In this document: positions 36,994 through 46,341 of the stretch, one piece after another
Position numbering within the stretch: the first letter of the stretch is position 1
Layout of the letters: each line of letters begins with the position of its first letter
Source of the DNA: Candidatus Colwellbacteria bacterium
GTDB taxonomy: Bacteria; Patescibacteriota; Minisyncoccia; UBA6257; Colwellbacteraceae
Direction: 5' to 3'
Assembly (NCBI GenBank): GCA_016176525.1
Contig: JACOWZ010000003.1
Span: forward strand, 385,000 to 448,999
DNA length: 64,000 nt
Notes under the pieces: model-generated
The model's input: the letters and a program-made list of their open reading frames with translations, nothing else
Database searches by the model: none
What the model was told of the DNA's origin: nothing
Made by a program: the position numbers and the translations under genes

Positions 36994-37012
36994 AATTCCG
37001 ACCATTGGCTCA
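36994..37012 (+). repeat. Direct duplicate of the tRNA-Thr(GGT) 3' end (AATTCCGACCATTGGCTCA, 1 mismatch)
   Basis: Read directly; an inverted partial T-arm copy lies at ~36881-36898. Confidence 0.75.
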
Positions 37013-37057
37013 AGGTTTGCGTTTTTTGGCATTCTAGTTTAATATTTTCTAACTCTT

Positions 37058-37231
37058 ATGGCAGTTAGGAAATTATCAGAAAACTTAATAAGGCTCCGAT
37101 GTGCCACCTGTAAGCGGGTTAATTACTATACGCGTAAGAATAAGAAAAAGGTGGAGCGAAAGCTGGATTATAAAAAGTTTTGTAACTGGTGCAGAAAGAG
37201 CACTACTCACAAAGAAGTAAAACTTAAGTAG
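37058..37231 (+). CDS. rpmG: 50S ribosomal protein L33 (zinc-ribbon form)
   Basis: 57 aa, missed by the ORF track; CATCKRVNYYTRKNKKK...FCNWCRKSTTHKEVK fits the L33 C4 pattern. Confidence 0.8.
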   Translation: MAVRKLSENLIRLRCATCKRVNYYTRKNKKKVERKLDYKKFCNWCRKSTTHKEVKLK

Positions 37232-37234
37232 TTT

Positions 37235-37855
37235 GTGACAAAAGAGAAATTAATTGAAGGCTTAATTTCTGCAGAATATCTTAAAACTTCGCGTATAATA
37301 GAGGCGTTTCGCGCGGTTGATAGGGCAGATTTTGTGCCCAAAGAATATCAGAGCGAAGCCTACGGCAATTATCCGTTGTCGATAGGCGAGGGGCAGACGA
37401 TATCTCAACCACTTACCGTGGCTTTTATACTGGAGCTGCTCCAACCGCAGATAGGTGATAAGGTTTTAGATGTCGGCGCTGGGTCTGGCTGGCAGACTGC
37501 ACTTATAGCCTATTGTGTTGGCGAGAAAGGTAAAGTTGTTGCTGTTGAAAGGATTAAGAGTCTTAAAGATATGGCGGATAGTAATATTAAAAAATATCCG
37601 AAACTCGCAAAACGCGCAGAAGTTATTTTGGGTGACGGTTCAAAAGGGTATAAGCCCGGTGCCCCATACGACAAAATTATAGCTGCGGCTTCTGGCGAGG
37701 ATATGCCAGACGCCTGGAGGGCGCAGCTTAAGATCCACGGACGCATTGTCGCCCCGGTGCAGAACAGTATTGTAGTGTGGGATAAGATTGATGATAAGCA
37801 ATTTAAAAAACAAGAGTATAGCGGTTTTAGTTTTGTGCCTCTCATTCGCGAATAG
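37235..37855 (+). CDS. pcm: Protein-L-isoaspartate O-methyltransferase (GTG start)
   Basis: SAM-binding VLDVGAGSGWQTAL; GEGQTISQP motif. Confidence 0.85.
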   Translation: MTKEKLIEGLISAEYLKTSRIIEAFRAVDRADFVPKEYQSEAYGNYPLSIGEGQTISQPLTVAFILELLQPQIGDKVLDVGAGSGWQTALIAYCVGEKGKVVAVERIKSLKDMADSNIKKYPKLAKRAEVILGDGSKGYKPGAPYDKIIAAASGEDMPDAWRAQLKIHGRIVAPVQNSIVVWDKIDDKQFKKQEYSGFSFVPLIRE

Positions 37856-37980
37856 ACAAGTCCTATACCTTTGTTTAGAATTATTGTTGGCGGTGGGTAA
37901 ATACTCACTCATACATATTAGGAGGCATTTCCCGCCGCCTTCTAGGCAACTAAAATTTTAACCTTAAACTATTAAACATA

Positions 37981-38298
37981 ATGACTATAAATATAACTGC
38001 TAACGATTTGGATTTAACTCCTGCGTTTAAAGAATTTATTGAATCTAAAGTAGGCGCGCTAAACAAATTCGTAGAAAGATTTGATGGGGATAGCCTAATC
38101 ACAAATGTTGTGGTTTCTCGCACTACAGCGCACCACAGGCACGGCGAAGTGTTTGATGCCAAAATTGATATTGGCTTGCCTGGCTCGATTATAAGAGCTG
38201 CTGCAATAGCACCTGATGCGAGAACCGCTGTTTTAGATGCTTGTAAAAAACTTGAACGCGAGATTGAGAAGTATAAGACTAAGATTGGCTCGCGATGA
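37981..38298 (+). CDS. hpf: Ribosome hibernation promoting factor / RaiA (short form)
   Basis: S30EA-family pattern; immediately upstream of secA with 4-nt overlap. Confidence 0.8.
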   Translation: MTINITANDLDLTPAFKEFIESKVGALNKFVERFDGDSLITNVVVSRTTAHHRHGEVFDAKIDIGLPGSIIRAAAIAPDARTAVLDACKKLEREIEKYKTKIGSR

Positions 38299-40832
38299 TT
38301 AAAAAACTAAAAAGCCTTTTTTTATTTAGAGGAGACGATTATAAGAAGCGCGTCCAAGAAATAAATTCTCTTGAGAGTGAAATTAAGGCACTCTCCGATG
38401 AGGAGCTTAAAAAAGAAAGCCAAAAGTTAAGAGAGCACGCAAAGGCGGGCGAAGATTTAAACGGGCTTTTGCCGCGCGCATTTGCTCTTGTGCGCGAAGC
38501 GGCTCGCCGCACTTTAGAGCAAAGGCATTTTGATGTCCAACTTGTAGGCGGAATTGTTTTGCATAAGGGCGCGGTTGCCGAGATGCTGACTGGTGAGGGT
38601 AAAACACTTACTGCCACATTGCCGGTTTATTTAAATGCGTTAGACGGCAAAGGGGCGCATGTTATAACAGTAAATGATTATTTAACAAAGAGGGACGTTG
38701 TATGGATGGGGCAAATTTACCACTTTTTAGGGCTTAAAGTTGCCTGCATTGCACACGAATCTTCTTTTATATATGACCCAGAACATACGGGGGAAAAATT
38801 ACAAACAGAGGATAAAGAAAGAGACGCTTTAGGCAGCTTTAAGGTTGTAGAAGAGTTCTTGCGGCCGGTTAACCGCAAAGAGGCATACGAAGCAGACATT
38901 ATTTATGGCACAAACCATGAGTTTGGGTTTGATTATTTGCGCGACAATTTAACACCAAGTTTAGCTGCGCGCGTGCAGAGAGAGCATAATTTCGCCGTTA
39001 TAGACGAGGTAGACTCAATCTTAATTGATGAGGCAAGAACTCCGCTTATAATATCGGCTCCCGACAGGGCATCTTCGGACCATTACAAAGTTTTTGCCCG
39101 CGCAGTTAGAAACCTGAATACGGAAGAAGATTATACGGTGGATGAAAAGCTCAAATCGGTTGCAATAACTGAATCCGGCATAAACAAGATTGAAAGAATG
39201 TTAGGGGTAAAAGATTTATACGCACTGGAGAATTTGCGCCTTGTGCACTATTTGGAAGCAAGCCTAAAAGCCAAAGCGCTCTTTGAGCGTGACAAAGACT
39301 ATGTTGTGCGGAACGGTGAAGTAATTATAGTTGACCAATTTACAGGTAGACTGATGTTGGGGCGCAGATATTCTAGCGGTTTGCACCAGGCGATTGAGGC
39401 AAAAGAAGGGGTGTATGTTAAAGAAGAATCTAAAACCTATGCGCAGATTACAATACAAAACTATTTTAGGCTTTACAAAAAAATATCCGGTATGACGGGA
39501 ACTGCGCAAACATCTGCCGAAGAATTCCATAAAGTTTATAACTTGGAGGTTGAAAGTATTCCGCCAAATAAGCCGATGGTAAGAGACGACAGGCCGGACA
39601 GAATATTTAGAACTACAGAGGCAAAATACTCTGCGATTGTGCGAGAAGTTAAAGAGAGGCATGAGAACGGCCAGCCGGTTTTGGTTGGCACAGTCTCCAT
39701 TGAGAAAAACGAGTTTTTGGGCCAGCTTTTGCGCAAAGAGGGCTTGCCGGCTGAGATTTTAAACGCGAAGAACCACGAGCGTGAAGGTGCAATTATTGCA
39801 CAGGCTGGCAAACCCGGGGTGATTACTATCGCCACCAACATGGCAGGCCGCGGTGTAGACATTGTATTGGGGGGCAACCCAGGGACCCCGGAAGAGGCGG
39901 AAAAAGTGCGTAAAGCAGGCGGCCTGCATGTTATAGGCACAGAGAGGCACGAGGCGAGGCGCATTGACAACCAGCTTCGCGGGCGCGCAGGCAGGCAGGG
40001 TGACCCGGGCAGCAGCCAGTTTTTTGTATCCACTGAGGACGACCTTATGCGCATTTTCGGCGGCGAGCGAATCAAAGGAATTATGGATAGGTTTAAGCTA
40101 GAAGACGAGCTGCCGCCGAATAAGTTTATTGGTGGCGCATTGGAGCAAGCACAGAGCAAGATTGAAGGGTTCCACTTTGATGCCCGTAAACACTTGCTTG
40201 AGTATGACGACATTTTAAACAAACAGAGGACAAACTTTTATGGCAAGCGCCTAAAAGTTTTACAGGCGTTAGATAGCGGAAACCCCAAACAAGTATTTAA
40301 AGAGCTTTTAGAGAGTTATATTGGGCGCTTGCGCGAAACAAATATTGATATAGAAGAGCTAATTAAGCTTTTTACAGAAAGCTATGTTTTATCTAAAGAA
40401 GAAGCTGAAAAAATTAAAGAGAATGATGAAGTTTTCAATTTAGGGCTATCTAACATAGATAAAAAACTAGGCGGTCTGGAAAACTCTAAAGCGATAGGCA
40501 CTAGGTTTTTGGGTGTAATGGACTTTTTATGGATGAACCACTTAGAAGACGTGGAGGCGCTTACCGAATCTGTACGTATTCGCGCATATGGGCAAAAAGA
40601 CCCGCTTGTTGAATATCGTAAAGAAGGATACCAATTATTCCAGATGTTGCAGGCGAATATTGAGGCGTGGCTTTTTAACAACATCTTTAAGTTTAAGGAT
40701 TTACCTAAGGATGGTGAAACACAACAGATAAAAGTTGCGCTAAAAGATACTAAGTCTAGTGGCAAGATTGGCAGAAACGACCCCTGCCCATGCGGCAGCG
40801 GCAAAAAATACAAAAAGTGCCATGGCGCGTAG
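38295..40832 (+). CDS. secA: Preprotein translocase ATPase SecA
   Basis: DEAD-like motor motifs ([32 protein letters not shown]), C-terminal Zn finger [14 protein letters not shown]. Confidence 0.95.
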   Translation: MIKKLKSLFLFRGDDYKKRVQEINSLESEIKALSDEELKKESQKLREHAKAGEDLNGLLPRAFALVREAARRTLEQRHFDVQLVGGIVLHKGAVAEMLTGEGKTLTATLPVYLNALDGKGAHVITVNDYLTKRDVVWMGQIYHFLGLKVACIAHESSFIYDPEHTGEKLQTEDKERDALGSFKVVEEFLRPVNRKEAYEADIIYGTNHEFGFDYLRDNLTPSLAARVQREHNFAVIDEVDSILIDEARTPLIISAPDRASSDHYKVFARAVRNLNTEEDYTVDEKLKSVAITESGINKIERMLGVKDLYALENLRLVHYLEASLKAKALFERDKDYVVRNGEVIIVDQFTGRLMLGRRYSSGLHQAIEAKEGVYVKEESKTYAQITIQNYFRLYKKISGMTGTAQTSAEEFHKVYNLEVESIPPNKPMVRDDRPDRIFRTTEAKYSAIVREVKERHENGQPVLVGTVSIEKNEFLGQLLRKEGLPAEILNAKNHEREGAIIAQAGKPGVITIATNMAGRGVDIVLGGNPGTPEEAEKVRKAGGLHVIGTERHEARRIDNQLRGRAGRQGDPGSSQFFVSTEDDLMRIFGGERIKGIMDRFKLEDELPPNKFIGGALEQAQSKIEGFHFDARKHLLEYDDILNKQRTNFYGKRLKVLQALDSGNPKQVFKELLESYIGRLRETNIDIEELIKLFTESYVLSKEEAEKIKENDEVFNLGLSNIDKKLGGLENSKAIGTRFLGVMDFLWMNHLEDVEALTESVRIRAYGQKDPLVEYRKEGYQLFQMLQANIEAWLFNNIFKFKDLPKDGETQQIKVALKDTKSSGKIGRNDPCPCGSGKKYKKCHGA

Positions 40833-40870
40833 CGCAATATTTCAATATTTAAACATTTAAATATTTAAAA

Positions 40871-41191
40871 ATGAGCAAATTTTATAAAATAGTTGTTTTT
40901 GTTCCAGTGGATGCTGCAGATAAAGTGCGGGGTGCTATTACGCGAGCTGGTGGGGGTAGAATAGGTAATTATTCCGGTTGTAGTTTCTCCTCTAAGGGAA
41001 TTGGTCGTTTTAAGCCAGAGATAGGCGCAGATCCTGTTATTGGTAAAGTTGGTCAATCAGAGAAGGTGGAAGAAGAGAGAATTGAGGTTAGATGCGAGGA
41101 GGCAGTAGTTAAAGATATAATCACTGCGATTAAAAAATCTCATCCATATAATGAAGTTGCTTTAGATGTTTATGAATTAGTAGATTTTTAA
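40871..41191 (+). CDS. Small conserved protein, NIF3-insert/PII-like fold candidate (hypothetical)
   Basis: 106 aa; C-terminal HPYNEVALDVYEL motif resembling NIF3/CutA-type domains; weak. Confidence 0.4.
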   Translation: MSKFYKIVVFVPVDAADKVRGAITRAGGGRIGNYSGCSFSSKGIGRFKPEIGADPVIGKVGQSEKVEEERIEVRCEEAVVKDIITAIKKSHPYNEVALDVYELVDF

Positions 41192-41231
41192 TCTTCGATA
41201 TTGAAATATATAAATATTTAAAAATCTAAAC

Positions 41232-41684
41232 ATGGAGTTTAAAGATTTCTTAGTTAGGGCAAAGATTAATACCTATGCGACAGCTGGCGAAGGAGGCGAG
41301 AAAAGACTAAATGATGGCTCAAAAGAACTAATTTATAAAGAAGGTGATTTTATATATCGTGATAGATATTTCGGCGCACTGAGTTTTGTTGGTGAAGAAA
41401 TTGTATTTAAAAATAAGATACCGATTTGGGGTATGAATTACTGTGGCGCAACTATGGATCCGAGTATGACCAATGAAAAAGTTGCCGACTTTCTTAAAAG
41501 GGCCTTGAGAGCAGTTACAAGCGATATGCCATTTCGCGGTCCTTCAGAATTTAAAGAAGGAGATTGGTTCTACATAAATCAAGTTTCAGGCGATGTGAAT
41601 AGTTTCTCTGGTCACGAAGAGATTAAATATAAAGACCATGCTGTTTATAAGCTAGATTATCACGGTGGTATTATTAAAAAATAA
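41232..41684 (+). CDS. Hypothetical protein (DUF5680-like)
   Basis: YATAGEGGEKRLNDGSKELIY.EGDFIYRDRYFG pattern; no confident family. Confidence 0.4.
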   Translation: MEFKDFLVRAKINTYATAGEGGEKRLNDGSKELIYKEGDFIYRDRYFGALSFVGEEIVFKNKIPIWGMNYCGATMDPSMTNEKVADFLKRALRAVTSDMPFRGPSEFKEGDWFYINQVSGDVNSFSGHEEIKYKDHAVYKLDYHGGIIKK

Positions 41685-41701
41685 TATTTAAAGATTTAAA
41701 T

Positions 41702-42151
41702 ATGACAGCAGATGTTAGGCAATTAATTAAAGAAGTATTGAAGAAAGGTTATCTTATGAGTCTAGCTACGCTTGATGAGGGTGGTGTGTGGGTTGCTGAT
41801 GTAATTTATATTCATGACAATGATTTTAATATTTATTGGATGTCTGACCCCAGTGTACGGCACTCACAGGCAATAATAAAGAATAATCGAGTGGCTGGGA
41901 CTATAACGGTAAGCGGCGTAAAAGAGGACAATATGGGAATTCAGTTTGAAGGTATAGGCGAAAAGATAGATGGAGACAGATATGATTTGGCTCTAAAACA
42001 TTATAAAAAGAGAAAAAAACCAGCACCTAAAGAAAACGAGGATGTGCTCCAGGGAGATTCTTGGTATGTGTTGAAACCAAAGAAGATCCAATTAATTTAT
42101 GAGAAATTATTTGGTTTTGAAAAGCAGGATTTGGACATGAAATATATATGA
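41702..42151 (+). CDS. Pyridoxamine 5'-phosphate oxidase-like FMN-binding split-barrel protein
   Basis: YLMSLATLDEGGVWVADVIYIHD...IYWMSDPSVRH pattern typical of PNPOx-like/general stress protein 26. Confidence 0.6.
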   Translation: MTADVRQLIKEVLKKGYLMSLATLDEGGVWVADVIYIHDNDFNIYWMSDPSVRHSQAIIKNNRVAGTITVSGVKEDNMGIQFEGIGEKIDGDRYDLALKHYKKRKKPAPKENEDVLQGDSWYVLKPKKIQLIYEKLFGFEKQDLDMKYI

Positions 42152-42591
42152 TAAATAACGATAAAAAATTTCTAAGATCAGCGATTAAACAATCAAAATT
42201 ATCTGTTGAACAAGGCAGGTTCCCGGCCGGGGCAATATTAGTCTTGAATGGAGAAGTTATTGCATCGGAGATGAGCGATACGGATTCTGGATATGAGCAT
42301 GCAGAATGTAGAGCTGTTGATACCGCGTTCCAAAAAGTAGGAAAGCTTACAAATACTACACTGTATGCCTCGATGGAACCTTGTCTGATGTGTCTTGGGC
42401 GAGCCTACTGGGCTGGAATTCGTAAGATAGTATTTGCTATTTCTAGAAACAGTGTGCCTAAGGAGTATTATGAAGGATTACACGATAATAATGAGTTGAT
42501 GGATAGTTTTAATGAAAAAATTGAGCTAATACATCTTAGTGAGCTTGAAGAAGAAGCTATAAAAGTCGTGCGTATGTGGAATCAAGTATAG
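42148..42591 (+). CDS. CMP/dCMP-type zinc-dependent nucleoside/nucleotide deaminase
   Basis: HAECRAV and EPCLMC zinc-ligand motifs. Confidence 0.75.
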   Translation: MINNDKKFLRSAIKQSKLSVEQGRFPAGAILVLNGEVIASEMSDTDSGYEHAECRAVDTAFQKVGKLTNTTLYASMEPCLMCLGRAYWAGIRKIVFAISRNSVPKEYYEGLHDNNELMDSFNEKIELIHLSELEEEAIKVVRMWNQV

Positions 42592-42598
42592 AAGTATT

Positions 42599-43012
42599 AT
42601 GCTAAATAAAGCAGGCGGGGTTGTGTTGAATAAAGATGGCAAGATTGCTATTGTGAAAAATAGTGGCAGGTTCGGCGAATATTGGTCTTTACCTATGGGG
42701 AGAGTAGATGAAAACGAAGATGTTTTTGACTGCGCTCTACGCGAAATTCGTGAAGAAACTGGGTTAGTTAATCTGGAGCTGGTAAAGAAACTCGGCAGTT
42801 ATAACAGAAAGGGTATGGATTATGATAATGGCGAGCCGAAGGAAGTCCCCAAGAAAATAACTTTGTTTTTGTTTAATACAAACGAGATGGAGCTGAAGCC
42901 TGTCGACCCCGACAACCCAGAAGCAAAATGGGTTACAATAGATGAAGCGATAAATTTAATGAGGCACGAGGGAGACAAAGAATTTTTAAGAAGCGTTAAG
43001 GACAAAATATAA
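42599..43012 (+). CDS. NUDIX hydrolase
   Basis: Nudix box GRVDENEDVFDCALREIREETGL. Confidence 0.8.
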   Translation: MLNKAGGVVLNKDGKIAIVKNSGRFGEYWSLPMGRVDENEDVFDCALREIREETGLVNLELVKKLGSYNRKGMDYDNGEPKEVPKKITLFLFNTNEMELKPVDPDNPEAKWVTIDEAINLMRHEGDKEFLRSVKDKI

Positions 43013-43015
43013 AAA

Positions 43016-43435
43016 ATGGAGGATAAAATAGTGTTGCAAGTTGGAGTTAAAGTTTTGCTTAAAAATAAAGACGGCCGATATCTGTTATTGCGCAGATCTC
43101 TAGAAAAATATCCTGAAGTTCCAAATAGGTGGGATATAGCTGGCGGCAGAATTGATCCTGGCACAACTCTGCTTGAGAATCTGAAGCGAGAAGTTATAGA
43201 GGAAACCAGTTTGGAATTAAAAGGAGCGCCGAGATTGGTGGCTGCCCAGGATATTTTGAGGATAAAAGGGCGCCACGTTGTTCGGCTTACATACATAGGC
43301 GAGGCCGAGGGAGAGCCGCGCCTTGATGGAGAGGAGCATGATATGTATAAATGGGTGACTATTCCGGAAATTGGCGAATTGACCGGCGTTGATATTTATT
43401 TTAAAGAATTATTAGATAATAAAGTTATACAATAA
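43016..43435 (+). CDS. NUDIX hydrolase
   Basis: Nudix box GGRIDPGTTLLENLKREVIEETSL. Confidence 0.8.
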   Translation: MEDKIVLQVGVKVLLKNKDGRYLLLRRSLEKYPEVPNRWDIAGGRIDPGTTLLENLKREVIEETSLELKGAPRLVAAQDILRIKGRHVVRLTYIGEAEGEPRLDGEEHDMYKWVTIPEIGELTGVDIYFKELLDNKVIQ

Positions 43436-43450
43436 ATTTTGTAACTGATT

Positions 43451-43966
43451 ATGCCGGCTAAAAAAATAAGCATAGACGAGGCGAAGAAAGACAAACTGTT
43501 TTATTTTGTCACCAATGTTTTAGTGTACAAAGATGGAAAGTGTTTAATATTAAAACGGCACGAACGCGAGAAAGTGCACCCGGGCAAATGGGGCACGCCT
43601 GGCGGCAAGCTTGAGTGGGATGATTTTCCACTAAAGCCGGATGGCGAAGTTTATAACGATGTCTGGCAGTTCCATAAAGCGGTTGAGGATTTATGCAGGC
43701 GCGAGGTACGCGAGGAAGCTGGTTTGGAGATTGGAGATGAGTTTGCATATATTGATTCTACAGTTTTTGTGCGGCCCGATGGCATTCCGGTGGTGCTAAT
43801 AAAACTAGGTTGTAAGTACAAGGGTGGGGAGGTGAAACTTGAAGAAGACGCCTTTACAGACTACGCGTGGGTGGACGCGGAGGAGATTAAGAAGTATGAT
43901 TGCGTGATTAACGTACCGGAAGAAATTGCAAAAACCATAAAACTTTTTGGTAAATATCATGGCTAA
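43451..43966 (+). CDS. NUDIX hydrolase (divergent)
   Basis: GGKLEWDDF...REVREEAGL Nudix-box-like motif. Confidence 0.7.
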   Translation: MPAKKISIDEAKKDKLFYFVTNVLVYKDGKCLILKRHEREKVHPGKWGTPGGKLEWDDFPLKPDGEVYNDVWQFHKAVEDLCRREVREEAGLEIGDEFAYIDSTVFVRPDGIPVVLIKLGCKYKGGEVKLEEDAFTDYAWVDAEEIKKYDCVINVPEEIAKTIKLFGKYHG

Positions 43967-44213
43967 AAATAAACCACTCCCACCGCTTTCGGGAAAAGCA
44001 AAGCAGATAAAAGTAGGAGGCGTATATGAGCATTTTAAAGGTGATAATTATCGCGTAATCGGCGTGGGCCGCGATAGCGAGGATTTACATGAAGTTGTTA
44101 TCTATCAAGGGGAATATGAAGGTAAGCCTATTTTTGTACGTGCAGTCGAGATGTTTTTAGACAACGTTCAAAAACCTGATTACCAAGGCCCAAGGTTTCA
44201 GCTTATAGAATAA
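43947..44213 (+). CDS. DUF1653-family small protein
   Basis: YEHFKGDNYRVIGV...HEVVIYQ pattern typical of DUF1653. Confidence 0.55.
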   Translation: MVNIMAKNKPLPPLSGKAKQIKVGGVYEHFKGDNYRVIGVGRDSEDLHEVVIYQGEYEGKPIFVRAVEMFLDNVQKPDYQGPRFQLIE

Positions 44214-44234
44214 AAACCCTCTAATCGTAGAGGG

Positions 44235-44696
44235 TTAGTAGGGCGTGAATTCTATTTTTTGGAATCCAGAAGCGCTTTCTTTGTAGTGTACTGTAGCGCG
44301 GAATCTCTCGCCGCGGATTGCTTTTGGAAACCATTTGCGGTCTGATTCGAGCATTTGATCCAGAGGCAGTGTGCTTACGCTTACCCATTGCGGGATCATT
44401 TCGCTTGTCTCTTTTGGGCGTCCGCGGAACTTATCGGTCCAAAAAATATGAACCTTGAAATCTGGCTCGCCGCTTGCGAAAAACGTTATCACCGCGATTT
44501 CGTTTAAGGTGCTCGGTATAAGATGAATGCCTAGTTCTTCTCTTGCTTCTCTTACAACACAGTGTAGAAGAGTTTCACCGGGTTCAACCTTGCCTCCCGG
44601 ACCGTTTAGTGTTTTTGCGCCAATTTCGCCCTTTTTCTTGTAACCGAGCAGCACCTTGCCGTCTCTTACTATTATTGCGAGTGTTGCGATTTTCAT
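44235..44696 (-). CDS. NUDIX hydrolase (MutT-like)
   Basis: Nudix box GGKVEPGETLLHCVVREAREELGI. Confidence 0.8.
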   Translation of the reverse strand: MKIATLAIIVRDGKVLLGYKKKGEIGAKTLNGPGGKVEPGETLLHCVVREAREELGIHLIPSTLNEIAVITFFASGEPDFKVHIFWTDKFRGRPKETSEMIPQWVSVSTLPLDQMLESDRKWFPKAIRGERFRATVHYKESASGFQKIEFTPY

Positions 44697-44744
44697 ACAT
44701 CACCTTTAGCGCAGTTGTACTGTTCTATAGTATAGTTATCAGTA

Positions 44745-45230
44745 ATGGATAATCAATACTTGCACGAAGTTGTTATAACTGCGATTGTGGTTAAGGATAA
44801 CAAATATCTTATTACGCGCAGAGCGGCGACGAAAAAGCGTTTCCCTGGAATGTGGACTGTACCTGGAGGCAAACTTGAAACGGATGACTATATAAATTTG
44901 CCGAAAGACACAGAGCACTATTGGTATAACGTTTTGGAGAAGACTTTAAAGCGCGAAGTAAAAGAAGAGGTTGGTGTTGATATTAAAAACATTGAGTATG
45001 TAACAAGTTTAGCCCGCGTGCATGAAGATGGTGCGCCGTCGTTGGTTATTTCTTGCATGGCAGACTATGCAGGAGGCGAAATAACACTACAAGAGGGTGA
45101 AACCGATAAATACGAGTGGGTGAGTTTAGAAGAAGCTAAAAACTACGAGCTTATTGATGGAATTTATGACGAGCTTGCTATGGCAGATGCTAAACTGCGT
45201 GGAGTGAAGAGCGAGTGGAAAAGGAGTTAG
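44745..45230 (+). CDS. NUDIX hydrolase
   Basis: Nudix box GGKLETDDY...LKREVKEEVGV. Confidence 0.8.
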   Translation: MDNQYLHEVVITAIVVKDNKYLITRRAATKKRFPGMWTVPGGKLETDDYINLPKDTEHYWYNVLEKTLKREVKEEVGVDIKNIEYVTSLARVHEDGAPSLVISCMADYAGGEITLQEGETDKYEWVSLEEAKNYELIDGIYDELAMADAKLRGVKSEWKRS

Positions 45231-46329
45231 CATGGTTTAGTAAAATATTTATCTTTTTTTGGAAGTTTTCTTTGGAGAATTTCTTTGCGGTTTTTGAAAC
45301 GGTTCGGCGGTTAAATTTAAACCTAGTAAAAGCCTCAATCGCGGCTATTAGGGCCTCTGGGGACTGCTCATCAAAAAGTACTCCGTTTGTGCCGTCTTCA
45401 ATAATTTCTGTCTGGCCACCTTTGTTGTAGGCAATTACCGGCGTGCCGCAGGCAATAGACTCTGCCGCTGTTAGCCCAAAATCTTCCACTTGCGGAAAAA
45501 TTGTCGCGCGAGCGCCGCTTATAATTTTGCGCATTTCGTCATCGTGTTTCCCATTGCCGATCAACTTTATATTTGGCGATGTAATAATCTGTTCAACTTT
45601 TTCTCTATGCGGGCCGTCGCCCAAGATTATAAGCGGAGTATTAAGTTTGTTGAACGCTTTAACTATTAAGTCAAATTTCTTGTAGTGGAGTATGCGCCCG
45701 AAGGCAAGGAAGTATTCGTGTTTGGAAAACGGCAGCTTTTGTACAGGTTCCTCTTTGTCATAATAGAAAGTATTAGTGTCAACCGGCGGGTGAACAACAA
45801 AGACATCTCTGCCATAGAATTTGCGCACTTTATCTGCTGTAAATTCAGAGTTTGCCAGTAGCATATTAGGCTTTAACCCCATGCGCTCATCCCAGTTTTT
45901 AAGGTAAGAAATTATAGGGTGGGCGGCCTTGATAAGCGATTCATCAAAAAGAGTACCAAGATATTCTTGAGGTTCCCATGCGTAGCGAAGAGGCGAGTGG
46001 GTATAGCTTATATGGAACCCACGGCTGTATCTTATGCCTTTTGCCCAGCCTGCAGTGGCAGAAATTATAATATCGTATTTGTCGCCTAAATTTATGCTAT
46101 TTGCCGCTCCAGGCATTAGCGGTACAAAAAAACGGTGGTTTTTGTGCACCAGAGAGTTGTTTAAAAAGCTGGTTTTTATTGTTTTGCCGGCAAAGTGGCC
46201 GTTTTGGGAGCCTGGCTGGTGGAAGAGGGTATAGATTGGCGCTTCAGGGAACATCTCGGAGAGTGCTACAAGCACACGCTCCGCTCCGCCGAATTGATTT
46301 AGATAGTCGTGGACTAATGCTACACGCAT
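45190..46329 (-). CDS. Glycosyltransferase family 4 (GT-B fold)
   Basis: MRVALVHDYLNQFGGAERV N-terminus; EDFGLTAAESIACGTPVIA C-terminal sugar-donor motif. Confidence 0.85.
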   Translation of the reverse strand: MRVALVHDYLNQFGGAERVLVALSEMFPEAPIYTLFHQPGSQNGHFAGKTIKTSFLNNSLVHKNHRFFVPLMPGAANSINLGDKYDIIISATAGWAKGIRYSRGFHISYTHSPLRYAWEPQEYLGTLFDESLIKAAHPIISYLKNWDERMGLKPNMLLANSEFTADKVRKFYGRDVFVVHPPVDTNTFYYDKEEPVQKLPFSKHEYFLAFGRILHYKKFDLIVKAFNKLNTPLIILGDGPHREKVEQIITSPNIKLIGNGKHDDEMRKIISGARATIFPQVEDFGLTAAESIACGTPVIAYNKGGQTEIIEDGTNGVLFDEQSPEALIAAIEAFTRFKFNRRTVSKTAKKFSKENFQKKINILLNHANSFSTRSSLHAV

Positions 46330-46341
46330 AGTTATAATTCT

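Noticed and set aside
36853-37057. Possibility that the structured spacer after tRNA-Thr(GGT) is SRP RNA, 6S RNA or RNase P RNA
   Set aside because: No conserved SRP domain IV motif (GGAAGCAGC-type), no RNase P P4 sequences, and too short for RNase P. Left as an unclassified structured region.
39536-40222. 228-aa minus-strand ORF inside secA
   Set aside because: Antisense to one of the most conserved genes in the window; no motifs.
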